A stretch of 64,000 nucleotides of DNA from an uncultured Chloroflexia bacterium (GCA_963824175.1 CAWGOD010000001.1:56712-120711), one strand, 5' to 3'; positions 24,428 to 36,346 are shown, counted from the first letter of the stretch. Numbers and translations: made by a program. The notes: generated by a model not told the origin, from the letters alone.

Positions 24428-25633
24428 AACCCGATCCAGCTGGACTGGATCTGGCAATTGATATTCCGTTTTTGAGCATTGTAGCAGCATTGCTTGTTTT
24501 TGGGCTGCTGATGCTCTATTCCGCTTCCTGGGATGTATCCTGGCGGGTTTCAAACGATGTCAATTCCTTTTTCCTGCGCCAGTTACTGTGGTTGGTCCTG
24601 GGGCTAGGAGTTGCGGTAGTCCTTTATTTTATGGATTACCACCGCTGGGCGAAAAATCGACTGGCCATTCTGGCAATTGTAGGAACGATTGGTTTGCTGG
24701 TGTTGGTTTTATTTATTGGCGACCGGTCCATTTTCGGCGGAAAGTCAGTTCAGCCATCTGAGCTGGCAAAACTGACCATTGTAATTTACCTGGCTGTATG
24801 GCTCGAAGCCAAAGGTGACATGATCAAAAAATTCCACTTTGGTTTGATTCCCCTGGCAGTGATCCTGGGGTTAGTGGGAGGCTTAATTGCCATCCAAACA
24901 GATGTTAGCGCTGCAGTGACAGTTTTTGCACTGGGTTTGCTGCTTTTTTATATGGCTGGTGGATCTCTTATGCAGATCTTGTTATTGCTGGTGATATCAA
25001 TGAGTCTGGGCTCAGCATTGGTGGCCTTGAAAAAACCAGAAGTCTATCAACGGATAACAGACTTTTGGGTGGGTATCAGAGATATTAATACCATTGGTTC
25101 TGAGCAGATAGCCAAATCGTTTACCGCCTTTATAGATGGCGGCTGGTTTGGTGTAGGACTTGGTAGAGGCGTAGCCAAGCTGGTCCTGCTTCCTGTTCCT
25201 CATACGGATAGTATCTTTGCTGTTGTAGGCGAAGAGTTGGGGTTTGTGGGTTCAGCAATATTGGTTATCTTATATGCCTTGCTGCTTTGGCGGGGCATGG
25301 TGATTGCTAAAAAAGCCTCTGGATGGCCTGGGATCGCTCCTGGTGGCCGGGCTTGTATTCTGGATCGTATTTGAAGCATATGTGAATATCGCAGTCATCA
25401 TCGGGCTGCTTCCGGTAGCAGGCAACCCGCTCCCATTTATGAGCCAGGGAGGTTCTAATCTTGTGGTTACCTTATCGGCAGTTGGAATCATTCTGGGTGT
25501 TGCCAGGATGGCAGAAATGGAACGCAGAAAACAAGAACGGAGGTCATTAGGTGCGGTTGTTGATTTGCGCGGGCGGGACAGGCGGGGGAGTGTACCCGGC
25601 TTTAGCCGTCCTCCAGGCACTAAACGATCTTAA
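24406..25633 (+). CDS. ftsW: FtsW/RodA/SpoVE-family peptidoglycan polymerase; frame break near 25330; 3' end uncertain
   Basis: Multi-TM protein with QPSELAKL, TDSIFAVVGEELGF and PFMSQGGSNL. A possible true stop TAG at 25548-25550 sits just before the murG GTG. Confidence 0.85.
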
Positions 25634-26655
25634 CCAATCCCGAGAGATGGCTGACGCTGTGCTCTGGGTAGGTGGAGAAAACGGTATGGAAGGAGAGATT
25701 ATCTCCAGACTTAATATCGAATATAAAACTATTCCCGCCGCGGGATTACACGGTGTGGGAGTGAAAAACCTGCCTGGAAATCTGGCTAAGTTATTCCAGG
25801 GATATCTCAAAGCGGGTAGGATTATTCGGGAATTTAGGCCGGATGTGCTGTTCTACACAGGTGGATATCTGGCAGTACCAGCTGCTTTTGCTGGTCGGGC
25901 AAAACCCAGCTTGGTATTTATCCCAGATATTGAACCCGGACTGGCGATCAGAACCATATCAAACCTGGTGTCTAGAATTGCTTTATCTGTTGAGGGAAGT
26001 CGACAATTCACTCCGGCAGGGAAAGAGGTCATAGTTAGTGGATATCCGGTTCGTTCCAAAATGTTGTCCTGGACCCGTGACCAGGCTCTCGAGAGCCTAA
26101 ATCTATCACCTGATTTACCAATACTTCTAGTATTTGGCGGCAGCAAAGGAGCTCGTTCCATTAATCAGGCACTGGAAGCCATCCTGCCAGAGCTGTTGAA
26201 AGAGATACAGGTAGTGCATATTACAGGGACGCTGGATTGGGATGGGATTAAAACAAATCGGGATAGATTACCTGCAGAGCTGGCAAAATAATTACCGGGC
26301 TTACCCATTCCTTCATGAGGAAATGGGCGCTGCTTTGAGAAGTGCTGATCTGGTAGTCTCCCGCAGTGGGGCTTCCATTTTAGGTGAATATCCAATATTT
26401 GAACTGCCGGCGATTCTGGTTCCTTATCCACATGCCTGGCAGTATCAAAAAACAAATGCAAAATACCTGGTTGATCGTGATGCTGCAATGATGATCCGGG
26501 ATGAAGAATTAAAGGAAAGATTGCTTACCCGAAGTGTTATCACTGATCAGGGATCAGGAGAGATTAGATCGAATGAAATCTGCCCTGAAGGAGATGGCGA
26601 AACCCGGGGCGGCAAAGACGATTGCCCAAGAGCTGATCTCTTTGGCCCGAAGTAA
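25551..26655 (+). CDS. murG: UDP-N-acetylglucosamine--LPS-independent lipid II transferase MurG; frame break near 26270
   Basis: LLICAGGTGGGVYPALAV, VFGGSKGARSIN and VVSRSGASILGE. Confidence 0.9.
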
Positions 26656-26676
26656 AGAAGAAGGAGGGGATCAGAA

Positions 26677-27279
26677 ATGATTTCCATCCTGTCAGCATTC
26701 TGGATGTTTGTGATCCTTTTTGGCCTGATTGGAGCCATGCGTGGCTGGGCCAAGGAATTGCTGGTGGTTTTCAGTGTGGTTTTGGCGCTTTTCCTGATCT
26801 ATGTGCTGGAAACGTATACACAGTATATGGTCCCATTCGGGGAAGTTTTGGCAAGAGTAGAAAATATGCCGGCCGGTGCCACTTTTGAGTCAATGCCCCT
26901 GGCAATTCAAGAAGAGCTGAGGACCCAATTCTGGTCCCGGGCGACAATTGTTTTCATTCTATCCTTCTTTGGATATCAAACACCCCGACTGGCAGTGATC
27001 CGGGATAAGGCACGCAGGGAACGAATTCAGGATATTTTATTGGGTGCGGTGATGGGTTTGATGAGTGGATTTTTCATTATGGGCACCCTCTGGTGGTATA
27101 TGGCAGCAGCACATTATCCGTTTGGACCAGAAATCTTGGCACCCCAACCGGGTACTCCGTTAGGAGAAGCTGCAATTAACATTTTGAATTATTTTCCGCC
27201 TGTATTTGCCAGCAATCAGATCGGTCTGTTCTTTGCTGTAGTTGTGGCTTTTATGTTTGTATTGGTGGTGTTCATTTGA
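26677..27279 (+). CDS. Integral membrane protein (possibly CvpA-like)
   Basis: 200-aa ORF with several hydrophobic segments. The N-terminal FGLIGAMRGWAKELLVVFSVV resembles CvpA. It is inserted between murG and murC. Confidence 0.4.
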   Translation: MISILSAFWMFVILFGLIGAMRGWAKELLVVFSVVLALFLIYVLETYTQYMVPFGEVLARVENMPAGATFESMPLAIQEELRTQFWSRATIVFILSFFGYQTPRLAVIRDKARRERIQDILLGAVMGLMSGFFIMGTLWWYMAAAHYPFGPEILAPQPGTPLGEAAINILNYFPPVFASNQIGLFFAVVVAFMFVLVVFI

Positions 27280-28665
27280 TGGAGCATATTCACTTTATCG
27301 GAATCGGAGGAACTGGTTTGTCCGCAATTGCCACGGTTTTACTGGAACAAGGATACACAGTCAGCGGGTCGGATCTTACTGAATCCAACCTCTTTGAGGC
27401 TGTGCAGAAAGCCGGTGGAACAGTTACCTTGGGCCATTTGGCAGAGAATATATCTGGTGCAGACCTGGTTGTCAGATCTTCAGCAATTCCAGAGAATAAT
27501 GTGGAAGTGCAGGCAGCCCTCGAAGCGGAGATCCCAGTGTTGAAACGTTCTGAATTTCTGGGCCGGATGCTGGTTGATAAAGAGGTTCTTGCTGTGGCTG
27601 GCAGTCATGGAAAAACCACCACAACGTCCATGCTAGTCTGGATTCTCTCTAGCCTGGGAATGGATCCTTCCTTTATTGTCGGCGGTGTTGTGAGAAACCT
27701 TGGCACAAACGCCCGATCAGGTCAAGGGAAATCAGTTTGTGATCGAAGCAGATGAATATGACTATATGTTCTGGGGATTGAACCCGGATCGGGCTGTTAT
27801 TACCAATGTGGAACATGACCATCCTGATATCTTCCCCACTTCCCAATCCTTTGATGAAGCGTTTGAGGGATTTGTGAAGAATTTGAAGCCGGATGGCAGT
27901 CTGGTTCTGTGTGGTGATGACCCTGGCGCGCTGCGATTAAAGAAATTGCTTTCTGCTGATCAGAAGTTAGTCATTTATGGTTCTTCGGGAAATGAACTGG
28001 ATTACTCCGCTGAAAATTTGAAAGTTAATCACAACGCTGGAACCGATTTTGAGATTCGGATTAAGGCGAACGGGCAGGAGAGTACTCTGCCAGTATCACT
28101 CCAGGTCCCTGGAGAACATAACGTCCTGAATGCTCTGGCCGCATTTGTAGTTGCTGATGGACTGGGCCTGGATCGACAGGAGATTGCCAGGCTTTTAGGT
28201 GAATTCCAGGGAAGTGAGCGGAGATTTGATATCCGGGGAGAATACCAGGGTGTATTGATCGTAGATGATTATGCCCACCACCCGACTGAAATTATGAAAA
28301 CCTTGCAGGCCGCTCGGGATGCCTATCCCACCAGAAGGATCTGGGCTGTTTGGCAGCCGCATACTTATTCCCGAACAATAACATTATTTGATAAGTTTTG
28401 TGGAGTCTTTGAAAAGGCGGATCGAGTAGTGGTGCTGGATGTTTTTCCGGCCAGAGAAAGTAAACCGGAAGGCTTCCGAATTTCAGACCTGGTTTCGTCC
28501 ATTCAGCATGACCGGGTACAGCACATTCCGGGGATTGAACAGGCGGTTGAACTATTAAAAGCTGAATTGCAGCCCGCAGATTTGCTGCTGGTATTTACAG
28601 CGGGTGACGCAATTGAAATTAACCAACAGATCGAGAAACACTTGTCTGCCCAGGCAGGATTCTAG
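27276..28665 (+). CDS. murC: UDP-N-acetylmuramate--L-alanine ligase; frame break near 27720
   Basis: IHFIGIGGTGLSAIA, VAGSHGKTTTTSM and DDYAHHPTEI. Confidence 0.9.
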
Positions 28666-28679
28666 AGAGGAGATAAACT

Positions 28680-28871
28680 ATGACCGCAAGAATTCTTCCA
28701 GATGAATTAGATCACGCAGTTGATGTTATTTTTGAAACAAAAAAACGCCTCGAATGGGTTGTGAGGGAAGATCCCAAACTGCAGGCGGAACTGAATAAAC
28801 TGCCTAATAATGGTGAGGAATTGTCCTCAAAAGTTGTTAACAAAGTATTGGCCAGGATCAAGGACCTTTAA
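28680..28871 (+). CDS. Small hypothetical protein (63 aa)
   Basis: ORF with a plausible RBS (GAGAGGAG) between murC and murB; I recognise no family. Confidence 0.35.
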   Translation: MTARILPDELDHAVDVIFETKKRLEWVVREDPKLQAELNKLPNNGEELSSKVVNKVLARIKDL

Positions 28872-28881
28872 GGTTTACTAG

Positions 28882-29829
28882 ATGAAAAAACCAGTTTTTA
28901 CTTCTTCCCAAATACATTCGCTGCAATCCTTCTTTGGCAGTAAGTTAAAGAAGGATGAATTGCTGAGCCGTTATTCAGTGATGAATGTGGGCGGACCGGC
29001 AGATTACCTGGTAACTGCAGAGAATGCGCAGGACCTTGAAGCATATGTGTGCTTCTTATGGGAAGAAAAAATCCCGTTCATGCTGCTGGGTGGAGGAGCG
29101 AACACTTTAATAAGTGATGCGGGAATCCGAGAATTGGTCTTGATCAATGAAGCTAAGGAGATCAAATTTCTAGATAAAGATAGTGATTATCCTCTTTTGT
29201 GGGCAGAATCCGGAGCGAGATTTGGCAGTTTAGCCCGCCGGGCAGGATCCAAAGGTTGGAGCGGTCTGGAATGGGCTTCCGGGATTCCAGGCACTGTGGG
29301 TGGGGCTGTGGTCAATAATGCGGGAGCTTTTGGTTCAAATGTGGCTGAAAAACTGGAAATGGCAGATATCTTGCACCCTTCAGGGGACAATATTCAGCGA
29401 TCGGAGTGGTCGGTGGATCAATTTGCATATGACTACCGGTCAAGTGTCATCAAAACAGGTGAAAAACAGGCGGTTGTCCTGAGTGCGACCTTTAAGATGG
29501 AAATAAGCACTCCTGCTGTTGTAAAAGGGAAGATCTCGGCTATAGCGGAAAAACGCCAATCCTCCCAACCCTCAGGCGCAAGCTTGGGGAGTATGTTTAA
29601 GAATCCGCCTGGAGATTTTGCTGGCCGATTAATTGAAGAAACAGGACTGAAGGGAACACGGGTAGGTGATGTGGAGATTAGCTCTTTACATGGAAATTTC
29701 TTCCTCAATAAAGGGAAGGCCACCGCTACTGATATCGCTTCAATGATTGCCCAGGTTCGGGACCAGGTTTATGAGAAATTTGGTGTTGAGCTGGAATTGG
29801 AAATCCAGTTTATTGGAGATTGGAATTAA
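28882..29829 (+). CDS. murB: UDP-N-acetylenolpyruvoylglucosamine reductase
   Basis: MNVGGPADY, GGGANTLISD and GASLGSMFKNP. Confidence 0.9.
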   Translation: MKKPVFTSSQIHSLQSFFGSKLKKDELLSRYSVMNVGGPADYLVTAENAQDLEAYVCFLWEEKIPFMLLGGGANTLISDAGIRELVLINEAKEIKFLDKDSDYPLLWAESGARFGSLARRAGSKGWSGLEWASGIPGTVGGAVVNNAGAFGSNVAEKLEMADILHPSGDNIQRSEWSVDQFAYDYRSSVIKTGEKQAVVLSATFKMEISTPAVVKGKISAIAEKRQSSQPSGASLGSMFKNPPGDFAGRLIEETGLKGTRVGDVEISSLHGNFFLNKGKATATDIASMIAQVRDQVYEKFGVELELEIQFIGDWN

Positions 29830-29837
29830 GGATTAGT

Positions 29838-30953
29838 ATGGCAAAACCAATTCGGTTAGGAGTTTTATTTGGAGGACGATCCGGGGAACATGAAGTTTCC
29901 CTGAGTTCGGCCAACTCTGTTCTAAATACGCTGGATCCTGATAAATACCTGGTAACCCAGATCGGGATCACATTGGAAGGAGATTGGCTGGTAGGTGAGG
30001 ACGTGCTAACTGCTTTGATGAACCGCACTGAAGAAAACCTGATTTCCGCGGTAATGCTCCCAACACCGTCCCGATCACAGGTTTATTCAGTGGAGACAGT
30101 GCAAGGGAATGAGATCCTGAAGGTCTTTGCGGATCTTGATGTTATTTTCCCGGTGCTGCACGGATCCTATGGGGAAGACGGCACAATGCAGGGGTTGTTT
30201 GAACTCAATAATCTGGCCTATGTTGGCGCTGGGGTTCTGGGTTCCTCTGTAGGGATGGATAAAGCCCTCTTCAAGGATGTGATGATTGCCAATCATATCC
30301 CGGTTGCGCCATCTATCCTGGTTCATCAATCAGAATTGACATCAATGGATCGGGTTCTCGAGCGAGTGGAAAAATTTGGCAATTATCCATTATTTGTAAA
30401 ACCGGCCAATATGGGCTCCTCTGTTGGAATTACAAAATGCCGGGATATTGAAGAAACTGCTGCCGGCATCCAGGAAGCAGCCCGTTTTGATCGCCGGGTA
30501 TTAATTGAAAAAGGAATTAATGCACGGGAAATCGAATTGAGTGTGCTGGGCAACCAGATTCCTCGAGTTTCAATCCCGGGAGAAATCAGGCCAACGGCGG
30601 AATTCTATTCTTATGAGGCCAAGTACCATGATGACAGCTCGGAATTACTGATTCCCGCTCCCATCAGCCAGGAACAGGCTGAATTATTGCAGGATTATGC
30701 TCTGAGGGCGTATCAGGCAATAGACTGTGAAGGAATGGCCCGGGTGGACTTTTTGATGGATAAGGAAACGGATGAGATATTCCTCAATGAGGTCAACACC
30801 ATTCCTGGTTTTACTCCCATCAGTATGTATCCCAAACTGTGGGAAGCCAGCGGGTTGACATATGCGGAATTGATCGATGAATTGATCCGGTTGGCTTTGG
30901 AAAGGAAAGAGGAAAAGGATCAGTTGGTTAGAAAATATGAGTTTGAGGGTTAA
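29838..30953 (+). CDS. ddl: D-alanine--D-alanine ligase
   Basis: LGVLFGGRSGEHEVSLSSA, HGSYGEDGTMQGLFE and LNEVNTIPGFT. Confidence 0.95.
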   Translation: MAKPIRLGVLFGGRSGEHEVSLSSANSVLNTLDPDKYLVTQIGITLEGDWLVGEDVLTALMNRTEENLISAVMLPTPSRSQVYSVETVQGNEILKVFADLDVIFPVLHGSYGEDGTMQGLFELNNLAYVGAGVLGSSVGMDKALFKDVMIANHIPVAPSILVHQSELTSMDRVLERVEKFGNYPLFVKPANMGSSVGITKCRDIEETAAGIQEAARFDRRVLIEKGINAREIELSVLGNQIPRVSIPGEIRPTAEFYSYEAKYHDDSSELLIPAPISQEQAELLQDYALRAYQAIDCEGMARVDFLMDKETDEIFLNEVNTIPGFTPISMYPKLWEASGLTYAELIDELIRLALERKEEKDQLVRKYEFEG

Positions 30954-30961
30954 GACAGGAT

Positions 30962-31886
30962 ATGGCTAAACAAATCAACACCAGAACAGAGAGAAGAGGG
31001 CAGTCCAGGAATTCCCGAGTAGATCGGCAGGGATCCTCCGCTGTAACTTCGCGCAGGACACCTCCAGTTCTTTCTCGCAGTGAGATCGGTGTTAATACTG
31101 CTGCAGTTGATAACAGGCCAATACCCCGTCGTCGAGTGGATGTTGCTATCGCCTCCGGAGCGGAAATCCGCCTTCCTGCTGTGCCTTCTGTTCATAATAA
31201 ATGGCGGGTGCTTTCGGGTGTGATAACGATCAGTTTATTAATGGGTTTGATCCTGTTTACTCAATCAGGGCTTTTCACAGTAACAAATATCGAAATGCAG
31301 GGATTGGAACGTTTTACAGAAGGAGAGATCGCCCAGGCCATTAATATTACTGGCTCATCGATCTTCTTCATCAACCCCGACCGAGTAAAGAGGGATTTGC
31401 AGATTACGTATCCCGCTCTATCTGATATTGACATCCAGGTTGGCTGGCCGGCTTCTGTCTCAATTTCTCTTGTGGAGCGTTATCCTGTCCTGGCCTGGAA
31501 CTGGGATGGTCATGTCCGATGGGTAGATAAAAATGGGGTTGCTTTTGAACCCCTGGATGAGGGATTGGATGTCGTTCAAGTGAACTCAGCCATGCTGCCA
31601 CCAACAATAAAGGATCGTTTTGTGGATCCCCGCTTAGTTGACAGTGTAGCAGCCCTGGCAGGGTACATCCCAGAGAATGTGGACTTGATCTATGATACGG
31701 ATCACGGCCTGGGATGGAAAGATGACCCGGGGATGGATCGTATATTTTGGATTTAATGATGATGATGCAGAGAAAAAGATGAATGTATATCTATCGTTGG
31801 TGGAATACCTGGAGGGTAAAAGGATCACTCCCGGGATGATTAATGTTGAGTTTATCGATTCGCCTTATTTCAGGATGGAACAATGA
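30962..31886 (+). CDS. ftsQ: Cell-division protein FtsQ (POTRA domain); frame break near 31720
   Basis: One TM segment (VLSGVITISLLMGLILF) followed by a POTRA-like segment. It sits between ddl and ftsA. Confidence 0.75.
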
Positions 31887-33127
31887 GTACGCAGGACGCA
31901 CCGATCATCGTTGGTATTGACGTAGGCACAACAAAAATCTGCACCTTGGTAGCCCGGGTAGAAGCGGAGAATAAATTCCGCATTTTGGGTGTTGGTATTG
32001 AGCCTTCCCGAGGTTTACGGAAGGGAGTTGTGGTTGATATTGCCTCTACTTGCAAAGCTATCAAACGATCTATTGATAAGGCAGAGAGAACTTCGGGACT
32101 GGAAATCACTTCTGCCCAGGTAAGTCTGGCAGGTTCGCATGTTTCATCAATCAATAGCCATGGAGCCAGTGGAGTCACCGGGGGAGTGATCGATCAACAT
32201 GATGTCTTCCGGGCTCTGGATGCAGCCAAAGCTGTTTCAATCCCTCATAACAGAGATATTGTCCATGTCATTCAGCGAGGTTTCAGCGTGGATGGGCAGG
32301 ACGGCATCCATAAACCGATCGGGATGCATGGTTATAGGTTGGAAGTGGAAGCGCATATTATCACTGCGGCCTCAACCTCGCTTGATAACCTGGAGCAGTG
32401 TGTCAACACAGCTGGCGCAGAGGTAGAAGCTTTTGTGCTGAATCCCCTTGCATCCGCTGAAGCTGTATTGACTGAAACGGAAAGAGAAATGGGTGTAGTG
32501 GTCTGTGATATTGGTGGTGGAACGACTGATATTGCCATATATATCAATGGTGATGTCTGGCATACCATGGTGATGGGCATTGGCGGTAACCTGATCACTT
32601 CTGATATTACCCACGGGTTGAGTCTGTCCATGGAACAGGCAGAAAAAGTCAAAATTGAGTATGGGCATGCCATCCGGTCAGAGATCAGTGAGGATGATGT
32701 TTTCCAAATACGTCCCTTTGGGGATGAAACCTTGAAAGAATATAGCCGACGAGATTTGGCTTTGATCATTGAAGCCAGGGTGGAGGAGTTATTCAGTTAT
32801 GTGATCCAGGAGATCAAACGCTCCGGTTATGATGGATTATTACCTGCGGGTATGGTGTTGACAGGGGGGTCAAGTTCCTTACCTGGAATCAGTCAGTTTG
32901 CCAGAAAGATGTTCAATCTGCCGGTCCGAGTCGCCCAGCCTGAGAATTTATTGGGTATGACCGATCAGCTTTATGATCCAGCGTTCGCTACGAGCGTTGG
33001 TTTATTAGAATGGACGGTGTTAATGAATACGATATCTTATGAAAAGGACAGCTACCGTAAACAAATTCACCAGGATAATATCAGCTGGAGTAAAGTTTCA
33101 AATTTCCTAAGGCGCTTACTGCCTTAA
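31883..33127 (+). CDS. ftsA: Cell-division protein FtsA
   Basis: IVGIDVGTTKICTLV and VCDIGGGTTDIAIY (actin-fold phosphate motifs). Confidence 0.95.
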   Translation: MSTQDAPIIVGIDVGTTKICTLVARVEAENKFRILGVGIEPSRGLRKGVVVDIASTCKAIKRSIDKAERTSGLEITSAQVSLAGSHVSSINSHGASGVTGGVIDQHDVFRALDAAKAVSIPHNRDIVHVIQRGFSVDGQDGIHKPIGMHGYRLEVEAHIITAASTSLDNLEQCVNTAGAEVEAFVLNPLASAEAVLTETEREMGVVVCDIGGGTTDIAIYINGDVWHTMVMGIGGNLITSDITHGLSLSMEQAEKVKIEYGHAIRSEISEDDVFQIRPFGDETLKEYSRRDLALIIEARVEELFSYVIQEIKRSGYDGLLPAGMVLTGGSSSLPGISQFARKMFNLPVRVAQPENLLGMTDQLYDPAFATSVGLLEWTVLMNTISYEKDSYRKQIHQDNISWSKVSNFLRRLLP

Positions 33128-33172
33128 CAATGACCTTGCAACAGGAAGAATTTTAGTACAGAGGAGAATACT

Positions 33173-34291
33173 ATGGACCCGATCAAAGAAACAGAATCAT
33201 TTGCACGAATAAAAGTAGTTGGAGTTGGCGGAGGTGGATGCAACGCCGTGGACCGGATGATCGATGCCGGTTTGACCGGGGTTGAATTCATTGCTGTCAA
33301 TACCGACGCGCAGGCGTTATTGCGTTCAAAAGCACCAATTCAGGTCCGGGTAGGGGATAAACTGACCCGCGGACTGGGTTCGGGCGGCAATCCTGAAATC
33401 GGACGTGGATCAGCTGAGGAATCTGCTGATGATATCTACAGCGTCCTGAAGGGTGCCGATATGGTCTTCATCACTGCCGGTATCGGTGGTGGAACTGGAA
33501 CTGGAGCTTCCCCGATCGTAGCCCAGGCGGCCCGAGAAATTGGCGCGCTGACCATCGGTGTGGTCACCCGGCCGTTTACGTTTGAAGGAAACACCCGGGT
33601 ATCAACTGCGGATCAAGGTATCTCCCTCCTGAAGGAACAGGTGGATACACTGATCGTGATCCCCAACGACCGCCTGCTTCAGATCGCAGATAAACGAGCC
33701 AGTTTGCAGGAAGCCTTTATGATGGCCGATGATGTTCTGCGACAGGGTATCCAGGGCATTTCCGAGCTGATCACCGTACCTGGTTTGATCAACCTGGACT
33801 TCGCGGATGTCCGCTCGATCATGTCTGAGGGTGGTGCGGCCCTGATGGCTGTTGGTGAAGCCTCCGGGGAAGACCGCGCTGTCAAAGCTGCCGAGCAGGC
33901 AATGTCCAGCGATCTGCTGGATATCACTATTGATGGCGCCCGTGGCATCCTCTTTAATGTCACTGGCGGCACTGATCTGTCCTTATTCGAGGTCAATGAA
34001 GCTGCAGCCATCATCAAGGAAACAGCCCACCCCGAAGTGAACTTGATCTTCGGTGCCGTGATCGATCCTTCCATGCAGGATAAATTCCGCATGACAGTGA
34101 TTGCTACTGGTTTTGAAACAACTGGCATGCCCACAAATATCATGCAGATGGCGGGACGTCGCTCCCGAGTGGAAACCCCTGTTGGAAATGAAAAAGAAGA
34201 TGAGCGGGAATTGGAATTTGTGCCGCGTTCCTTAAATACCGAGAACCTGGATATTCCGACTTTCTTAAGGAATCGAAATCGCAATCGGTAA
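33173..34291 (+). CDS. ftsZ: Cell-division GTPase FtsZ
   Basis: [14 protein letters not shown], the tubulin signature [10 protein letters not shown], and NLDFADV. Confidence 0.98.
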   Translation: MDPIKETESFARIKVVGVGGGGCNAVDRMIDAGLTGVEFIAVNTDAQALLRSKAPIQVRVGDKLTRGLGSGGNPEIGRGSAEESADDIYSVLKGADMVFITAGIGGGTGTGASPIVAQAAREIGALTIGVVTRPFTFEGNTRVSTADQGISLLKEQVDTLIVIPNDRLLQIADKRASLQEAFMMADDVLRQGIQGISELITVPGLINLDFADVRSIMSEGGAALMAVGEASGEDRAVKAAEQAMSSDLLDITIDGARGILFNVTGGTDLSLFEVNEAAAIIKETAHPEVNLIFGAVIDPSMQDKFRMTVIATGFETTGMPTNIMQMAGRRSRVETPVGNEKEDERELEFVPRSLNTENLDIPTFLRNRNRNR

Positions 34292-34418
34292 ATGAGTTGG
34301 GTGACTTGAAAAATGAAATTAGTTGGATTGGGTCCAAGAATTCTCTTGGGTTTGTATTTACGGGGATATCCACCCTGAACTGGCCTCCTCCTGGTAGGGT
34401 TGGATGTTGTCTGGTCAT

Positions 34419-34454
34419 GTTCTCCTGCTGAATTTTCAGCAGGAGAACGGTTTT
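34419..34454 (+). terminator. Rho-independent terminator after ftsZ
   Basis: GTTCTCCTGCTGAA-TT-TTCAGCAGGAGAAC is a perfect 14-bp stem followed by GGTTTT. Confidence 0.7.
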
Positions 34455-34552
34455 AAAAGAGTCGATGATATTGGATGGTTTTCCCTAGTGAGGGATGCTG
34501 ATGTATGCTAAAATCACATTGATTGCCATCCAGACAGATCAGGATAATACAA

Positions 34553-35002
34553 ATGAAATGTCCTTATTGTAAAGATGATGATTCCAAAGTGCTTGATACT
34601 TCCCATGATAAACGTGGTGGGACTCGCCGCCGCAGATTATGTCTCAACTGTGAGCAACGGTTCAGTACTTATGAAAGGGCCATCCTGGATACACCCTTGA
34701 TTGTGAAACAAGACGGTACCCGAGAGGAATTTAATCGAGCAAAACTAAGTAGGGGAATCCAGATCAGCTGTGATAAACGTCCGGTTTCTGCCGCTGATAT
34801 TGAGCGCCTGGTTGGTGATGTGGAATCTGACCTGCAGGCGATGGGTGAAATAGAAGTTACTTCCAGAGTTGTGGGGGATATGGTGATCGATGGGTTGAAG
34901 GAAATGGACCTGGTGGCCTATGTCCGGTATGCGATCGTATACCTGGGGTTGGAAGATCTCAATGCCATCAGGGGAGAAATTGACGCCTTGCTGGAAGGAT
35001 AG
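34553..35002 (+). CDS. nrdR: Transcriptional repressor NrdR
   Basis: MKCPYCKDDDSKVLDT...CLNCEQRFSTYE zinc ribbon plus an ATP-cone. Confidence 0.95.
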   Translation: MKCPYCKDDDSKVLDTSHDKRGGTRRRRLCLNCEQRFSTYERAILDTPLIVKQDGTREEFNRAKLSRGIQISCDKRPVSAADIERLVGDVESDLQAMGEIEVTSRVVGDMVIDGLKEMDLVAYVRYAIVYLGLEDLNAIRGEIDALLEG

Positions 35003-35021
35003 GAATATTGTCATTAAAAGT

Positions 35022-35050
35022 AAAGCCCTCTCATATTTGGAGGGCTTTTT
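35022..35050 (+). terminator. Rho-independent terminator after nrdR
   Basis: AAAGCCCTC-TCATATTTG-GAGGGCTTTTT. Confidence 0.75.
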
Positions 35051-35060
35051 GTTTTATTTA

Positions 35061-35092
35061 GGGACTGAGTCCTGCTAGCAGGACTCAGTCCC
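35061..35092. repeat. Palindromic element GGGACTGAGTCCTGC-TA-GCAGGACTCAGTCCC (copy 1 of 2); probable terminator of the minus-strand operon
   Basis: Perfect 15-bp arms. A near-identical element is at 47511-47543, and both copies are followed by CCTTAT. Confidence 0.7.
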
Positions 35093-35109
35093 TTATTCAA
35101 TGTCCTTTT

Positions 35110-36346
35110 TTATCCGCAGCCGCCACCAACAGGTGCTCGTTTTAGATCTAGTTCGATTTTCTTTTCATATTCAAAATGATATTCATCATGATCGGGATAG
35201 GCAGCCGGGCAATTCGATCCCAACGCGGCGTCGAATTCATAATGCAATTCTTCTACGCCGGCTTCAGTAGTATCTCCGCATATACCTTCTTCATAGGGTG
35301 TCGAAAAGGTATCCAACCAATTGTTGATCCCGCCGCTGAGGATATACACATTCGGGACCGCCTGGGCGGTCAATGTTTTCCAGACCTCAGTAGAGGTCAC
35401 TTCGTCATTGCTCATCACCACAAACACTGTATTGGCCGGCATGGCAATAAAACTCATCTATTGAATCTGGAATTTCTTCAGGTGTGATATTCTCGGCGTC
35501 AAGCAGGTGGAACAGATTATAGTCGGCTTCGCTTCTGACATCGATCATAACCAGGTTGAGTTTGTGGTCATGAAAAGTATCCAGCAGCTCGCCGGGATGG
35601 ATGTATACTTCTCTGTTTTTTAGGTCATCGCCACGGACTGATTCCAGTTTATTCCAGCGATCTGCAGTGGTGGGTTGGCCGATTATCGCGATTGCGATTG
35701 CTACGATCACCAGCACACCTGCGCCATAGTAGCGGGCTTTGGGGGCTTTTTTGGGATCCTTTTTTCCGTAGATCTTTTCCAGCTGTTCTCCACCCCAGAG
35801 CATGAATACTGCCATCAAAGTTACCAGGATGACAACGATCCCGGTCCGAAGGTTGAAGACATCCATCAAGGTTAATCTGCCGTAGTAGCTGCCGTTGAAG
35901 AAAAACTTGTATAAATCGACAGTCTCACCAAAGATGAAAACACCAACCAGGCCGCCCAAGACAAAGAAGATGCCATCGATCTTTAACGTTGCCAGCGCGA
36001 CCAGAGAAGTGCCGGGACAGAAACCTCCCAGGATGAAACCAACACCCATGATCAATCCGCCAACAATGCCGGACCAAAGATATGTGGGGTTAACCCAGAT
36101 CAGATTGTAGTCCAACAACCCAACTGCAGAACTTAGGAATAGCAGCAGCATACCCACAACGATTGCTGTGAAGAATACTTTGAACACACGCAGATCTTTG
36201 AAGTAGAACTGGGATGCCAGGCTGGGGGAGTGATTAAAACCAGAGATCTCCAGAACATATCCGAATAGGAATCCGATCAATAAAAAGACCAGATATGTTA
36301 GAGGTTTACTAAGTAAGGATTCTAGATGAAGGGGAAAGGGTATCAT
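35110..36346 (-). CDS. YeeE/YedE-family (sulfur-transport domain) membrane protein fused to a rhodanese-homology domain; frame break near 35440
   Basis: GFILGGFCPGTS motif in the TM half. The rhodanese-like LVMIDVRSEADYNLFHLLDAENI ... VFVVMSNDEVTS ... ILSGGINNW has no Cys in the active-site loop. The C-terminus is APVGGGCG. Confidence 0.7.
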
